From the NCBI GenBank assembly GCA_051362555.1, contig CM120643.1, positions 868,001 through 932,000 of the forward strand: a stretch of DNA of 64,000 nucleotides, read 5' to 3'. The position numbers and the translations under genes are program-made. The notes under the pieces were generated by a model. The model did no database searches and was not told the origin of the DNA. It worked only from the letters and a program-made list of their open reading frames with translations. This document shows positions 1 through 13,157 of the stretch, one piece after another. Source of the DNA: Lingula anatina. Lineage: Eukaryota; Animalia; Brachiopoda. Position 1 is the first letter of the stretch. Each line of letters starts with the position of its first letter.

Positions 1-500
1 TCATCACAACCAACAACAACATAACCATAACAACCACAACCAACAACAACATAACCATATCAACCAAAACCAACAACAACATAACCGTATCAACCACAAC
101 CAACAAGTACCACCACAACCAACTAACAACAACATAACCATATCAACCACAACCAACAACAACATAACCATATCAACCAAAACCAACAACAACATAACCG
201 TATCAACCACAACCAACAAGTACCACCACAACCAACTAACAACAACATAACCATATCAACCACAACCACCATTACCAACATCATCCATCATCCACCCATC
301 ATGATAAAAGGGATGACAGCTGTTCATTCTGGCCAAAAATGGATTTTCATAGGGTTAACAATAATAATTATCATTACCACAATCATAACCAACAACAACA
401 ACAACCAACACAACCATCCCAATCAAGAACAACTCAACCATATCAACCACAACAACCAACAATACCAACACTACAATCATAATCACTCATTATCCATCTA
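1..500. repeat. CAA-rich tandem repeat (30-bp unit, ~113-bp higher-order period) decaying into (AAC)n low complexity
   Basis: Unit CAACAACAACATAACCATATCAACCACAAC repeats over 1-270; the AAGTACCACC variant recurs 113 bp apart. The ORFs 4..231 and 301..501 are translations of this repeat. Confidence 0.9.
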
Positions 501-1682
501 GATTAAATATAATCAGTAGTAATCAACTTAATTGTTTAATCATACATGACCCATTCTACAAGAAAACTACAAAATCCAATTATAAGCAGTATAAGCCATC
601 CTATGTCATCCAAACCAAAGGTGCTAAGAGAAGTGACCATCCATCAACCACTGTTGACAATGTAATGGGAACACCGTGACAATTGAGAACAAAACTGGTC
701 TTTTTCTAACCCTCGTTATGCATAAAGAGGCTAGTTTATATTACATGTAAATGGCAGCAGGGAAATGGACCCCAGGGTAGAGCCCTGTCATTAACCTTTG
801 GGCACTGCAAAACTAAGTGAAAGCAGATAATGATTATGTCCTGATTATCATTAATCATCAGAGAATTAAGAATCAATGGTAAAATTGCCTAACCCACACT
901 GCTGAGCTATTGACTGGCTGGGTTAAGCCTCTGCAGTCATTTCAAGGAATATCTATTGTTAACACGGAATTAATAATAAATCAAACATAAGGAAATGTGT
1001 GTGTGCGTGCATGTGTAAGTATGTGTGTGTGCATGTGTGTATGTGTGTGATTCAAGTAAATAAGTGATAAACATCAACATTTAAACATGAACAATATCTT
1101 TTAATGATTGAATTCAAAGTGGTTCCTGTTTTTTTTATCTAAACCAAAATCACATTCGACCATTATAAATCTTTGTACTAGTAAGTTAGCAAACATCTAG
1201 ACAATTAATCTCCAGAAGTCTGAAAACCATCTTAAACAGTACCGGGTACTTAACTAATTTAGTACCATGTGAATAAAACAGACATGAACCTAGGTTTAAA
1301 AAAAAAACTCTGAACATTTATCATGGGACCCAACACCTAACTGGCTGGGGGTCTGGGGGCCACCTTAGCGTGAATTAAAAAACCCAGAGTTCCCCGTTTC
1401 TGCAGAAAAAGCTCATGTCTGATACAGAAATCAAAGTCATACATTCGGCACAGTGTAGTATGTAGATGGAAGTCACATGTAGTGTTGATCTTATCTTCAG
1501 GACAAATTTTTTTTTTAATCACCTCATGGACACAATCCTGACTGCACTTGTTAATGTTGGACAATATTCTCAGGGCTCATTCCCAATTTTACTGTTGCAG
1601 ATTGATCCAACTCCAGGGAGACTCTCCCTAAATATGCAATTAATATATGTATATGTAGATTTATATACATACGCCTTCCCTT

Positions 1683-2130
1683 GACGATCAGTAAAATACA
1701 GAAAAGCTGGTGATAATACAAGTATGTTGGAAACAATAGACGATCAGTAAAATACAGAAAAGCTGGTGATAATACAAGTATGTTGGAAACAATAGACGAT
1801 CAGTAAAATACAGAAAAGCTGGTGATAATACATGTATGTTGGAAACAATAGGCGATCAGTAAAATACAGAAAAGCTGGTGATAATACAAGTATGTTGGAA
1901 ACAATAGGTGATCAGTAAAATACAGAAAAGCTGGTGATAATACAAGTATGTTGGAAACAATAGGTGATCAGTAAAATACAGAAAAGCTGGTGATAATACA
2001 AGTATGTTGGAAACAATAGGTGATCAGTAAAATACAGAAAAGCTGGTGATAATACAAGTATGTTGGAAACAATAGACGATCAGTAAAATACAGAAAAGCT
2101 GGTGATAATACAAGTATATTGGAAACAATA
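1683..2130. repeat. 56-bp minisatellite, 8 near-identical copies
   Basis: Unit GACGATCAGTAAAATACAGAAAAGCTGGTGATAATACAAGTATGTTGGAAACAATA starts at 1683, 1739, 1795 ... 2075. Confidence 0.95.
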
Positions 2131-5100
2131 GGCGTGTTAATCTGTTAATCCGACTGCACTTAATTTAAGTCCCCAGGAAGCTGAGTGTTTTACATAGATC
2201 AATTGTCTCATTGGCAATGCCCCCTTACAGTCCTACATGTACAATTACTAGTAATTGTTTCCTGCCTAGATGATGTGTGAGGCTATCTTCTGGGAAAGGA
2301 GGATATTTAAAGAGTGTCCACTAATTAATTTCTTGGAATATTGAGGGATCTTTTTAGTTCAGGCGGAGTTGAAAGAGAGTTCAAACAGGAAATACTGGGT
2401 TTACAGTAATGACTTGGTCTTTTCAATGGGCAAACATGATAATTCTTTCAGATACATAATTTTAGAAACATAAATATAATATTTCTGTTTTGCATTTATG
2501 GTACTTTTAATGCATATGTATATTCGAGGTATAGGGTAGTCTGCTTTTTAATTTTTTCACGATTCAAATGGAATGCTCCTATTTCAAGAAATTATGACTT
2601 AAAAATTACAGTATCTGTAAAATCCATAATTTTGCCCTTAGGCTATTGAAAAGATTGAGTACTAATTAAGGCATAATCAGAAGATAAAAATACTGTAGGT
2701 TACAATCAATGATGAATATACTTACAAATTTAACATTTTGAAAATTAAGTGAAAGAGGCATTTCAAATGTGTTAATTAATAAATAGTAATGATAATTATA
2801 ATCTATTGTCATATTTATACTTATACACTCGGGTTTGAAATGAAAATTTATATGATCAGACTGGTGATAATAATAAGATAAAATGAAAAATAAATAAAAT
2901 CAACTGTGCTCATTTAAAATATGCATTGCTGATGGGTAACAAGCTTTGGTGCATGCGAGGCCATAGTCTTGATATTGATGATATAAGTGTGACCTCACAA
3001 ATTTTACGTAATTTAATCGGGGTACCCTGTAAAACATGGCCGTCAATTGACATCACTAAGTCCACTCCAGTTCTACATGGGCCCTGGTGTGAACTTTATC
3101 TAGGACAGCCAGAAACAATTTAATGGCGTATGAAGTTTTTCCTGGAACTGTGGCGAGAGAGGAAATGAGTGCTAAGTAGCCATATTTGATCTAGTATTGG
3201 TAATCAGATTTCTCAAAGGTAGAAAAAAAGGTTTTTTAATTAATGGATGAAAAAAATTAATTAGATTTGAAAGGGGGCAGGGTTGAAGAAAAAGTTTTAA
3301 CAAATATTGTATAAACTGAACATTTTTGTTGAAGTACTGGTAGAATACAGATAATTAAGGAGGTCAATGATACTAAAGAATTCATGAAAATTAATAACCA
3401 ACATGAGCATCTCCCCCCCCCCCCCCCCCCCCCCCCCCCCCAGATGCCTGATGGGTACCATAACTTTGCATACCAATTTTAAACTCCAAACAGTTCTAGG
3501 ATATAAACAGAACTAGGCTACCATAATTAAGGAAAGCATGTGAAAACAGAAATTATTTACAACATGAAGAAGTAATAATGAACGGAACCCACCTTTTTGA
3601 ACTTGTTTTACTCTTTTTTTCTCTCCAAAGCTTCTTCTCATCTGACCCTCTCTCTTGTCAACTGGATCTATTTCAAAGATATATATATAGAAAGTCAAAA
3701 ACAAATTTTTCAACTGAATAATTTTATCAACAATTAAAGAAAGAACACTGATAGTTTTATTCAACTTTTACATGGAATAATTCTGCAAAATTCAACTGAA
3801 ATATAAAAAAATAATTGTCAATTTCTTACTTTTTGTGAAATAGCCCAAATACTAGTATCATCATTCACATTTTTGGCACACTCTTTGTAAAATACTGCCC
3901 ACAGCATATCCTGTATGTTAATTGTATCTAAGTAAATTTAAAAGGACGTTTTTATGTACATTTGTGTGTTGCAACAATGGATTTGTCTGCTTGTCAAGGT
4001 ACTCCCCTCCCCCCAAGAAAAAAAATTATTCATTGTTGATTACTGTTCTGCAATTAATATACAGTTCAGCATTAGTGTAACTGTTATGAAATGATTTCTC
4101 TTCTGTTTTCTCTGAAATGACAAACTCGTATCCAGTTACTTTTAGACTGGCAATTTCCTCTCACTGCCTTTCTTGGCACCAACAGGACGTGGAAAGTGTT
4201 CAATTTGACTAATTTCTTGCATCTTCACACCTGCAAAAATTGGACATTTCAAGGGTTATGTAAGTGGCTATTAAAAGTATTATTGCTTTTTGGATATTGT
4301 ATTGTATTCATGTCACAGCAGAAGACCAGTTTAAGAATGAAAGGACACAAGACGGTGAGTTTTAGTTCTCTCTGAGACCTGTGGCAAACAGGAGATGGTA
4401 AAATTTCTAAAATTTAGATGTTCTTCAAAGCTCTAACAAGCACTGTAAGTCATATTTCTGAATATATTCTTTTTTATCAACATAAAAAAATGAATTCCAA
4501 TATGATCTCCATGGCAAGATGAAGTGCAGATTGATAAAAGTACCACGACATGTTTACCAAAGTCTAAAGTTGACAAACATTGCTGAAGTTAAGTCCACAT
4601 CACATTCTACCTATTACATGTACATGTAGCTTATCTGTACGTAATATCTGTACTTTCAATTTAACTTTTTATTTGTTTAAATTATCATTGAAGTTTCAAC
4701 AGCATTTTAACTATCATTATGGCTCTAACTATTTTTATTATCTCTTCATCTGATTTTTACATCAGCTTCAAATAACTTTCAATATCTGTGACATTTAATT
4801 TCAAAAGCCAAGACAGGGTCCTTGTTTTAAGATTATAAAACAGTCCATTAATCATAATGATACAAGTATCCTTTTTTAACTTTGCCTGTTTCAGTGAAAT
4901 TCCTTCAAACTAAATGTGCTGGTAAAAAAATTGAAAAGCAAACAAGCTTGACCCCCAGTCACTCAGAATATTATCTCCACAGAGATCCCAACAGCTATCA
5001 GTACAATGTACAAGTATCCAACTTGTTTTTTATGATTAACTTGATAAAGCAGACCCCAGCAAGCTCATGACAGATACATAAAATGGAATTTGCATCCCCT

Positions 5101-5598
5101 GTCACAGTGGTGATATGCAGAAGGCAGATAATCCATTTCTTGATGCCTATCGCTGAATATCAATAGTTTTCTCATTCTTCCGCTGTTCCTGGGAATGACC
5201 CCGAAGTTGACGCCATTCTACAAACAAAACCCTTCTCAAGTTGACATATCTGCTGAACAGATACATCAAATATAGCAATTTTAAATTTCTGACAAACCGT
5301 TTAATGACTTGACCCCATTTGTTTTCTTGCATCCATTTAAGACCTAAATGATGGAAGAAACACAATGTTTTTTTTTTCTGGGAATCTTATCAAAATAGAA
5401 TTGACTTGATGTGATAATGCAAAAAGAAATTGCTGATCTTGTTCACAATGGCTGCTGGTATCCAGGCACATATACTGGGTGGACTAGCTGGGCGTAGGAA
5501 GGGTATTTTCCAGGGTGTTTGTAACCAAACTAACATTGAAATGATTGTCTTATTGGATTATCGGTAGCAAAAATTGGAAACATATACCCCAAAGCTTA

Positions 5599-5783
5599 GG
5601 GTGCACGCAGAATGGTAGACTAACAGATCCACGGATCAAATATGGCTGACCCACTTGAATACTTGCTGCGTAATTCCTGTGGAGAATCTATTCAGTGTCT
5701 AATCAGGAATTACCTGGCAAGCTTTTTTGTGAGTCACCGTATTTGATCCAAAGATCTGTTAGTCGGCTGTTCCGAATGCACTC
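5599..5783. mobile_element. Palindromic MITE, family A
   Basis: Long imperfect inverted arms (GACTAACAGATCCACGGATCAAATATGG / CCGTATTTGATCCAAAGATCTGTTAGTC). Related copies at 29195-29582, 34229-34432 and 40358-40547. Confidence 0.75.
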
Positions 5784-6229
5784 TCTGTCACAAGCTTTCA
5801 AATTAGAATAAACTTCTATTGAATATTAGAAGCAAACTTTTTACCTTTATCAAGCTAGTTAATAATCTGTCAAGGTCAGTACGACATCTCTTACATAACC
5901 TGGAAAAAACAGATTGAGTTAATCATTCAAAATGAAGGTTATCAAACTGCAATTATGAATGAAACTGAACAAAAACAATATCTTTTATAAACTACATAAC
6001 AACTTCCTGACCTAAGGTTGTTTAAAATTGCCTTTATTTGCAATCAAAAGAACATGCTATAGAGAAAGAAATTTCCCCTGATAACTGACAAACTATCATT
6101 AAAAACAGAGTTATCATGTTATATCTTATCTTATATACTGAACCAATAATTTTCATTAAACTTTCACCAAAAAAATACTTTCATTGTATATTCATTATAC
6201 ATGTTGCAAACGTTAATTGCCTGTTAACT

Positions 6230-6427
6230 GGCCCCATTTTCACAAAAAAATAAATAAATAAAAACACAAGTCAGTTTCCTGGCTTAGTTGACTAGGATTT
6301 CCTTTAGAGTGCTGTTACACTGCTCCTGATAGGGTAAGACATGCCCATGTGACCATATAATCTTGGTAATCTAGCCAGGGAACCTGACTTCAATTTTTTT
6401 TTTTTTTTTTTTGGTGACACAGAGGCC
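6230..6427. mobile_element. Degenerate MITE with GGCC termini
   Basis: GGCCCCATTTTCACAAAAA...AAGTCAGTTTCCTGGCTTAG is mirrored by CTAGCCAGGGAACCTGACTT...TTTTTGGTGACACAGAGGCC. Confidence 0.6.
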
Positions 6428-6444
6428 AAGTATAGCAATATGCA

Positions 6445-6622
6445 GCAGGGGCAGGGGCAATCTTCCGGGGCTTCTAGAAAGAAGATAGTCAGACTTTTTT
6501 AAGTACTTGTTTAATTTACTTTGATGGGCATCTAATTCTTTCTGTTGGAAGTCAAAAATGGTGCATGGTTCAGCAAAGATAATTTGAAAGACTGTCAGAA
6601 AATATATTTGGATCAGCCCCCG
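6445..6622. mobile_element. Short dispersed repeat with CAGGGG...CCCC(C/T)G ends; second copy at 27053-27210
   Basis: Both copies share GGCATCTAATT, TTTG(A/G)AAGAC(T/A)GTCAGAAAATAT and GATC(A/G)GCCCC. Confidence 0.6.
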
Positions 6623-6714
6623 TGTGGTAATTTTAACCCCCCATCCTGAAGTCTGAAGTCCTCTGTTAGATATATACAGTTACTGCTTGTCCAACATGAC
6701 AGAAATACAGTACT

Positions 6715-6884
6715 ATTAAAATTGGTGGTGATTATGCTGTTTTAACAGCATAATCACCACCAATTTTAATATTATGTTTTATTAGAATTTTTTTTCATCA
6801 ATTAAGTTGTAATATAGCATAATGCTTAAAAGCATTATGCTATATTAAAACTTAATTGATGAAAAAAAAAATTCTAATAAAACA
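6715..6884. repeat. Two adjacent near-perfect palindromes (6715-6770 and 6775-6884)
   Basis: ATTAAAATTGGTGGTGATTATGCTGTT tt AACAGCATAATCACCACCAATTTTAAT, then TGTTTTATTAGAATTT...AGCATAATGCT..AGCATTATGCT...AAATTCTAATAAAACA. Confidence 0.9.
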
Positions 6885-7739
6885 GAATTATGCTTTCATT
6901 AGCTCTAGACTGAGGCAATCGCAACATTTTGGACAGTAATTGTAAACCCTCAGGAGACAGAAGCCCTTTCATACTCTGCAGCTGTACCACCCATCATCTG
7001 TAGACAAGTGACGGATTTGGTCACATCATCTCACAGACCAAGCAAGATTGTTGTTATATTGGAGTATGGGCAGATTCTGGTTCACAATCAACCTGGCCAA
7101 CATCCATACTTTTTATGTCCGGCCATATGACAGCTTAACTGCCTAGATATTTTTTATTTCTCTTTTTTTAAAAATTGCTCCATATCTGCCCAATATCATT
7201 ATGATCTCCCTTAATTAAATAATGCAGCTGCACCAATCTAATAAGTAGCACATTATGCTATCATTTTTGTGAAACCATAATTTTCCTGCCAACTACATGT
7301 AATAAAAATTACTACACATGATAGGCTTCAAAGGCATGAAAGTGTAATGTTAGCTTCTACTGTACAACACTGAAAATGCTATAGATGTTCTAATTTTTTT
7401 TCTCAAAAAATATTTTTTATTCACGGGTTTTACAGGATTAAGAAGTATTTCCAAAGCATCACTCTCTATATATGCCAATTAAGCTTCTTCATTTGCTTGA
7501 AGACCTTCCAATTTGTGTAAGAGACGTCATTCACATAACCCACCGATTCCAATATGTACCAATAAACACCCCAATGAGTTGTGTAACTCCCGTCAATAAT
7601 GTGAATTAATGGTTGTCCACAGAAGATGTGAAATAAGAACAAGGGATGACAACTTTATCTCACTTCAATGAAGGGAATACTGATTTCTATAACTTAACTT
7701 TCAGTGTAACATATATTTTATGATAACTAGTACGAGTAT

Positions 7740-7970
7740 CAGGGGCAGATCCAGAATTATTTGAATGGGGGCGTGGATGCGAAGCCAACCCTCCACCCCT
7801 CGTTGGTGTTTTAGAGGGCAAATGGTGCCATTTGGTACAGAACCTTTAAGAACTTTGAATCAGCTAGTCAAAGGTCTAATTTGAAAAGGGAACCTTTGGT
7901 GTGATTTTTTTCAGAAATTGAAGGGGGGGTTCCAACCCCCCTGACCCCCTTCCCTTTAAATCCCCCACTG
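7740..7970. mobile_element. Non-autonomous DNA element (CAGGGGCAGATCC...ATCCCCCACTG); related inverted copy at ~61520-61734
   Basis: Imperfect terminal inverted repeats and a direct AGTAT on both flanks (7735-7739, 7971-7975). Internal AGGGCAAA-GGTGCCATTTGGTA and TGGTGTGATTTTTTTCAGAAAT are shared with the 61.5-61.7 kb copy. Confidence 0.65.
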
Positions 7971-9274
7971 AGTATATCACCATGGTGAAATGCCTGAAGT
8001 GAAAACAAATATTCCTCCAAACCTTCTCCTCAGAAAATCTAATTCAGTTCAATAAATTCTCCACCTCCCCCTGAGATAGAAAATGCTGGCAATAATTTGG
8101 GGAATTTCTTCAAAATAATCTCAATTTGTAAAAAGAGTGTCATTGCTGATGAATTTGCCAAAGTTCCATTTAAGCGTTACAGAATTGTCATCAATCACAC
8201 TGGGAAATTCTACAATTTTAAATCCATAGAGGAGAGTCATTACTGACCAGACGCATCCTACACCATCTATCATCATACAGCAAGTGGCAGCAATTACACT
8301 GAGAAGTTCTACACAATGTCATGTTAAGGCAAGTAAAACGTAAAAAGAAAAAATGGATAAGGTTAAAAGCTTGAAACTATTAAAATTAAAACTATTGAAA
8401 TTAAAACTCCTCTACAGTACACTCTTGTATTTGCTTTAAGAATTCTCCACAATAATTTAATCACTAGACTTAGGGCAAATATAGAAACATTTATCACCAA
8501 CTGTAAATGCTGCAGTATTGCTTGCTAAAACTGTGCATCTGATATGGAAAAATTGGTAACCATGACAATGTGAGACGCAGGTTCCTGCTCCACTCCCAAC
8601 AAACCTCCACCCCCACCCCCAAACCCACTCCCACCCCAAGGTATGCATATTTGATTGTCTGTATAGGTCAGCAAGATATGAACCGGTTCGGGATTTTTTC
8701 TCACTTTTGTCTGAACAGACGAATAACGTATTTTATCCGTTATATTTTCTAACAATCTCCACCTCCTCTACAGCACTAGAGCCAAGCTAGCTCACCATCC
8801 AGTCAGTACGGCAGCCAGTCAGTGTGTTGAGGAGTGGTCTATGCTAATTACCACTTTATAAGACCAGCCTTCCGCTGTGACTGCCTCACTCATTGATTCA
8901 TTCAGCTTATGGACTGAACGCAATTATAGTTATCCTCATTCTTAAAGATTCTTAATGCGACTTGGGAGATTCTTAGCACATCTGTTAAGCAGGATTTTTA
9001 CTATTGGATTGAAATCCAGTTAGTTGTTCTTGGATTTTCTTGTGGGAACGTGCCAAGCTTGTAGTTCTTGGATTCTTTGAAAGGAACTGTTAAAAGGTTT
9101 TTTTTCACAGAGTTTCTTCTCAAAACTACAAAGGCAGGGTCCTTGGGATTTGCTTCCTTACTGTTGGTGGTAGCGATGGTTAACTTTGAAATGAATGGAT
9201 TTTCTTATTGAACAAAGTGACCAAAAAGAACTCTCTTGAACTTCTTCAGTACAGGAACAGGATTTGATAAGAAA

Positions 9275-11646
9275 ATGGCATTTTTTCCACCCTCAGACCA
9301 GAGAGCCATGAACATTACCTTGCCTGGGTTAAGTCTTGACTTGTAAGTATTAGTTTTCTTTTTGTGATTTTTTTCTTTCTAATTTTGAAGAAGTGTTTGC
9401 AAGATATGTTGAAGAAGATGAAAGACTTGCTGAGATTACAGTTTGACTCAAAATATCTCAAACTCTTCTGGATTAAGATTAGATCTTTTTTTAAACTGTT
9501 GTCAGCTAGAAAAAGATTACCAGTAAAGAATCATTATTTTGTCTCATTCTATTACTTACTTATTTATAAGGATAAACAGTGATTACATTTGGTTGTATCG
9601 AACTGTTTTTTTCTTTTCTTGGAAACATCTGGCAGGCTTCGATCATTAGTCAGTTTAGAATCCATCACAAAACCCAGGCTTCATAAGATTATCTATAAAG
9701 AATAAATTTATTGGTTCTGCAAAACTAGTAAATGAAAATATTGCAAACAGAACATGTTACTTTTTTATATTCTTTTGAAAGATGAAGTTAGTGCTTTTAA
9801 GAAAAAAAAAATGAATTATTTCAGCGCAACTTCCAGATGTTTGAAAGGGACATCCTCTTTCAGTATCTTTTTTTCTTTTGAATTATTTTTTAAACATGCA
9901 GATCTTAACTGTTACAGAATTTTTCAAAAATAAATAAATTAATTAATCACTGTGATTGATAAAAAAAAATGTAAAATTGGTTAATTAGACTTTGGTTACT
10001 AGAATTAATTTTAGGACAAACCAACTCTTGGAAATAAACAAATCACAGTCAACAAATACAACTATACCTGTTTTTTTTAACTTAAAGTGACAGATGCTGA
10101 GCAGGTTTGCAAAAGTTAAATCATTCAAAATATGTGATTGCATTACTAGTATATAAATTGTTATAGTTCATTATATAAATTTAGTTGTGTCATTTACGTA
10201 TCATTATAACCTTTTGGCTGCTATATTATAGCATGTCACCAGAAAACAAAGAAAATCATGATAAAAAGAAATCCCCAATATTCATAAATACAATTGGTAA
10301 CTTCAGCATTGCGAGTGTTTTCTCCCAGGATTAATAGTCTAAAAGCTATTCTGATGCTGAAATAAGTCTGAACAAGACAAAAGATTACAATGGAAAACCT
10401 TGATTTACTAACTGACTGAGCATAACAACCCTTACATCAATACTGGGCCAATAAGATAATAGCTAATTACTGGTTGTACAAATAGCAAAATTAATTGGTT
10501 TTCAGGCGTATCTGATGTGTCCATTCTACGTATTGATCAATGTAATTACTCCTGGAGGTGATCCAGATTTCAGCTGGCAATGTGGAGATGCTCAGAGAAC
10601 TACACTGAATACCCCCCCCCTCAACCCCCCAACCCACCTCTTCTAGGGAGAGATAGTAAAAATGTATAAAACCCTGATTTGTCTTAAAACTCAAGGTCCC
10701 TGAAACATTCAAATCAGTTGTAAAACCTGTTCCTCCCACTCTATATTAAAAGCCAACTGCCAGATTAATTTCAGGATAAGCATGAGAAATATCCAAAATT
10801 ACTTGTAGCTTTGGGATATTACCATGATTACAATATCTTTTAGCTCAGGTATGTCCCCGTAGAGTTCAACATAGAGCGTAGTGATATACCAATATACTGC
10901 CAGTGCCTTAGTCTAGTTGGCAATGTCTTTAATTGGAAACCCCCAATGCCTTCTTTCAGCTAAATGAGACAGATAAACACAACAACATGTCTTCCTCGTA
11001 GATTGGCTTTGAAAGAGCAAGAAAATTGGGAGTAGGACTAAGTTGGTTAAATCTGTCCCATCTGGGATTTTCTACCCGCCCATTTGGATACCATGAGTTG
11101 TAAATTTTGACAGATGTTTGGTAGTATCGACACACCATGTCAGTCCCATCTTGCTAATATTTCTCCATGTAGTGCCACAAATACCAAAAGGTTTCTCCTT
11201 CAAGAAGAGAAAATGTTTTTAGTCTTCAGTTATGAAAACAAGCTTTGCCAACATTTCTTTCCAATGTGGACAGAAAGGGAAATGATTATTCAGAGTGTGG
11301 ATGTTGAAGTGCTTGAACAAACAAGACATAACAGTAATGTAATGATGCACTTCAAGTGGTCTCTCAAGCTAAAGAAATATACAGAGCTAAATAGTGCGTG
11401 TTGTGTAAGATTATAATCAGTCCATCTCATAGATGTATAATTGTGCAATGCAGCATATAGAATGATATCATTAAATTTCTGCGTCAATTGTTTAATATCT
11501 GATATATGGGCAGTATGGTAATAAGCTGAAATTAATGTACCCAAAAACAACTTTTGACAGCATTTTCAACTGTTTTCCATATCATTCCCAATGATGAGAC
11601 CGACTTATTTTAAAACGATGCACCAAATAATGTGTTATAGATCATG

Positions 11647-11679
<33 letters not shown>

Positions 11680-13081
11680 CGTGCGTGCGTACAGTATAAC
11701 ACGATTGATATTCAATCAATTTTTGATTTTTATGATATCAGGATAAAATAAACATGGGTAATTAAAGCCAACATTTGCTTAACAACAGCAGAATGCACAT
11801 TTTACCTGTTTGGCTTAAACAGATATATTTTGGTGATGTCCAAACATTTGAGTCCATAACAATAACAACACTTCAAGTTTCTTCAAATTCTCAAAGGTGG
11901 TCAAATCCAAGCTAAGAGGAATGATGGCCTAATGATAAATATTTACTCATTAAAGATGATGAAGATCTTCTACGAGGTAAACATACGCCCACACCCCTAC
12001 ACACACACCAGTGCACCTGACATACAGTATATATATACCGGTACTTAGTACAGTCTGACTGGAGTCTTATTATGAAGTCAACAGAGATGTTGAAGTCTCA
12101 AGTCAAATACAAGAGATATATCCTGACCATGTTGGGAGGATCATTAGCAGTTTAGTTTGAAAAATGTCACAATCACAGCCTTCTTCTCATTAAGCAATAT
12201 GAATTAGCTTTTCTTATTAGTTGTATGTAATATATAGGTAAAATGTGTTAGATGTGACAGCAGAGTAGATGTAATTGTGTTGGTTGAGAACAGAATTTGG
12301 CAACTTTTCAGGGCCAGTGTATTTGGTGATAAAAATTCCCAGTTGAAAATGAAATTGATAAAGTTTACTGGGACACCTTGAGAAATTTAGATTTTAGGGT
12401 ATTTTTCCTTACCAAACAAAGTAGATTTTTTTCATAGATGAAAACCATAAATAAGTACAATCCTGCATATAAATAACTTCTAACTGTAAATTATTTTGCC
12501 TAGTGAAAAAAAAGGAAATTATTTGAGCATATATTGGCCGATACACTCAAATGACCTGATATAAAAAAAACACCAACTTGATTGAACTATTGCTCTCCTA
12601 CTCCAGTGTTCTCTTGGGGCAAATACTTGATATCAGACTCAAGTAATCCAGAATTGATAAAGTCTTCTCAAAGGACTGTGTACTTTGGTGCACAGAAGTC
12701 CCTCATGCTCAGCCTAATACACAGACAACTGGGAACTCATCCAAATATCACCCGCAATAAAAAAGATGTAGTTTCAGCTAATAAACAAGACACCAGTAAT
12801 CAGCTTCTTGCCATTATTATCACACAAACCTCGTACCCTAGGTGACGTGGCTACTGAGGAAAAGGTCAGCATAAAGTTAAATATCTATCAAATGGATTAT
12901 TTTTTCTGAAGTAATCCTGCTTTAGATTGCATGTCTTTTTTTTTTTTTTTTTTGCAATTCAAATGGAAACAGTTTGAAGACTTTACAGAGGTCATATGCT
13001 ATTTATTTATTGACTTAATTCATCTTATTCTAATCATTTACCCATGTAAAGTCTACTGAACATTTTATGGATTTTAGACTA

Positions 13082-13120
<39 letters not shown>

Positions 13121-13121
13121 A

Positions 13122-13157
<36 letters not shown>

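Noticed and set aside
1683-2130. Regular repeat array resembling CRISPR
   Set aside because: Units are contiguous with no unique spacers, there are no cas genes, and the context is eukaryotic. The same applies to 31894-32194 and 57211-57982.
3413-3441. Long poly-C/poly-G tracts here and near 23434, 25535, 29713, 47056 and 63267
   Set aside because: Scattered homopolymers with no consistent context; lengths are prone to sequencing error.
4165-4230. In-frame TGA as selenocysteine or an antizyme-type frameshift (..LIKV*RCKK..)
   Set aside because: No recognised selenoprotein motif, no SECIS identified, and not the TCC-TGA +1 antizyme context; the exon chain itself is unverified.
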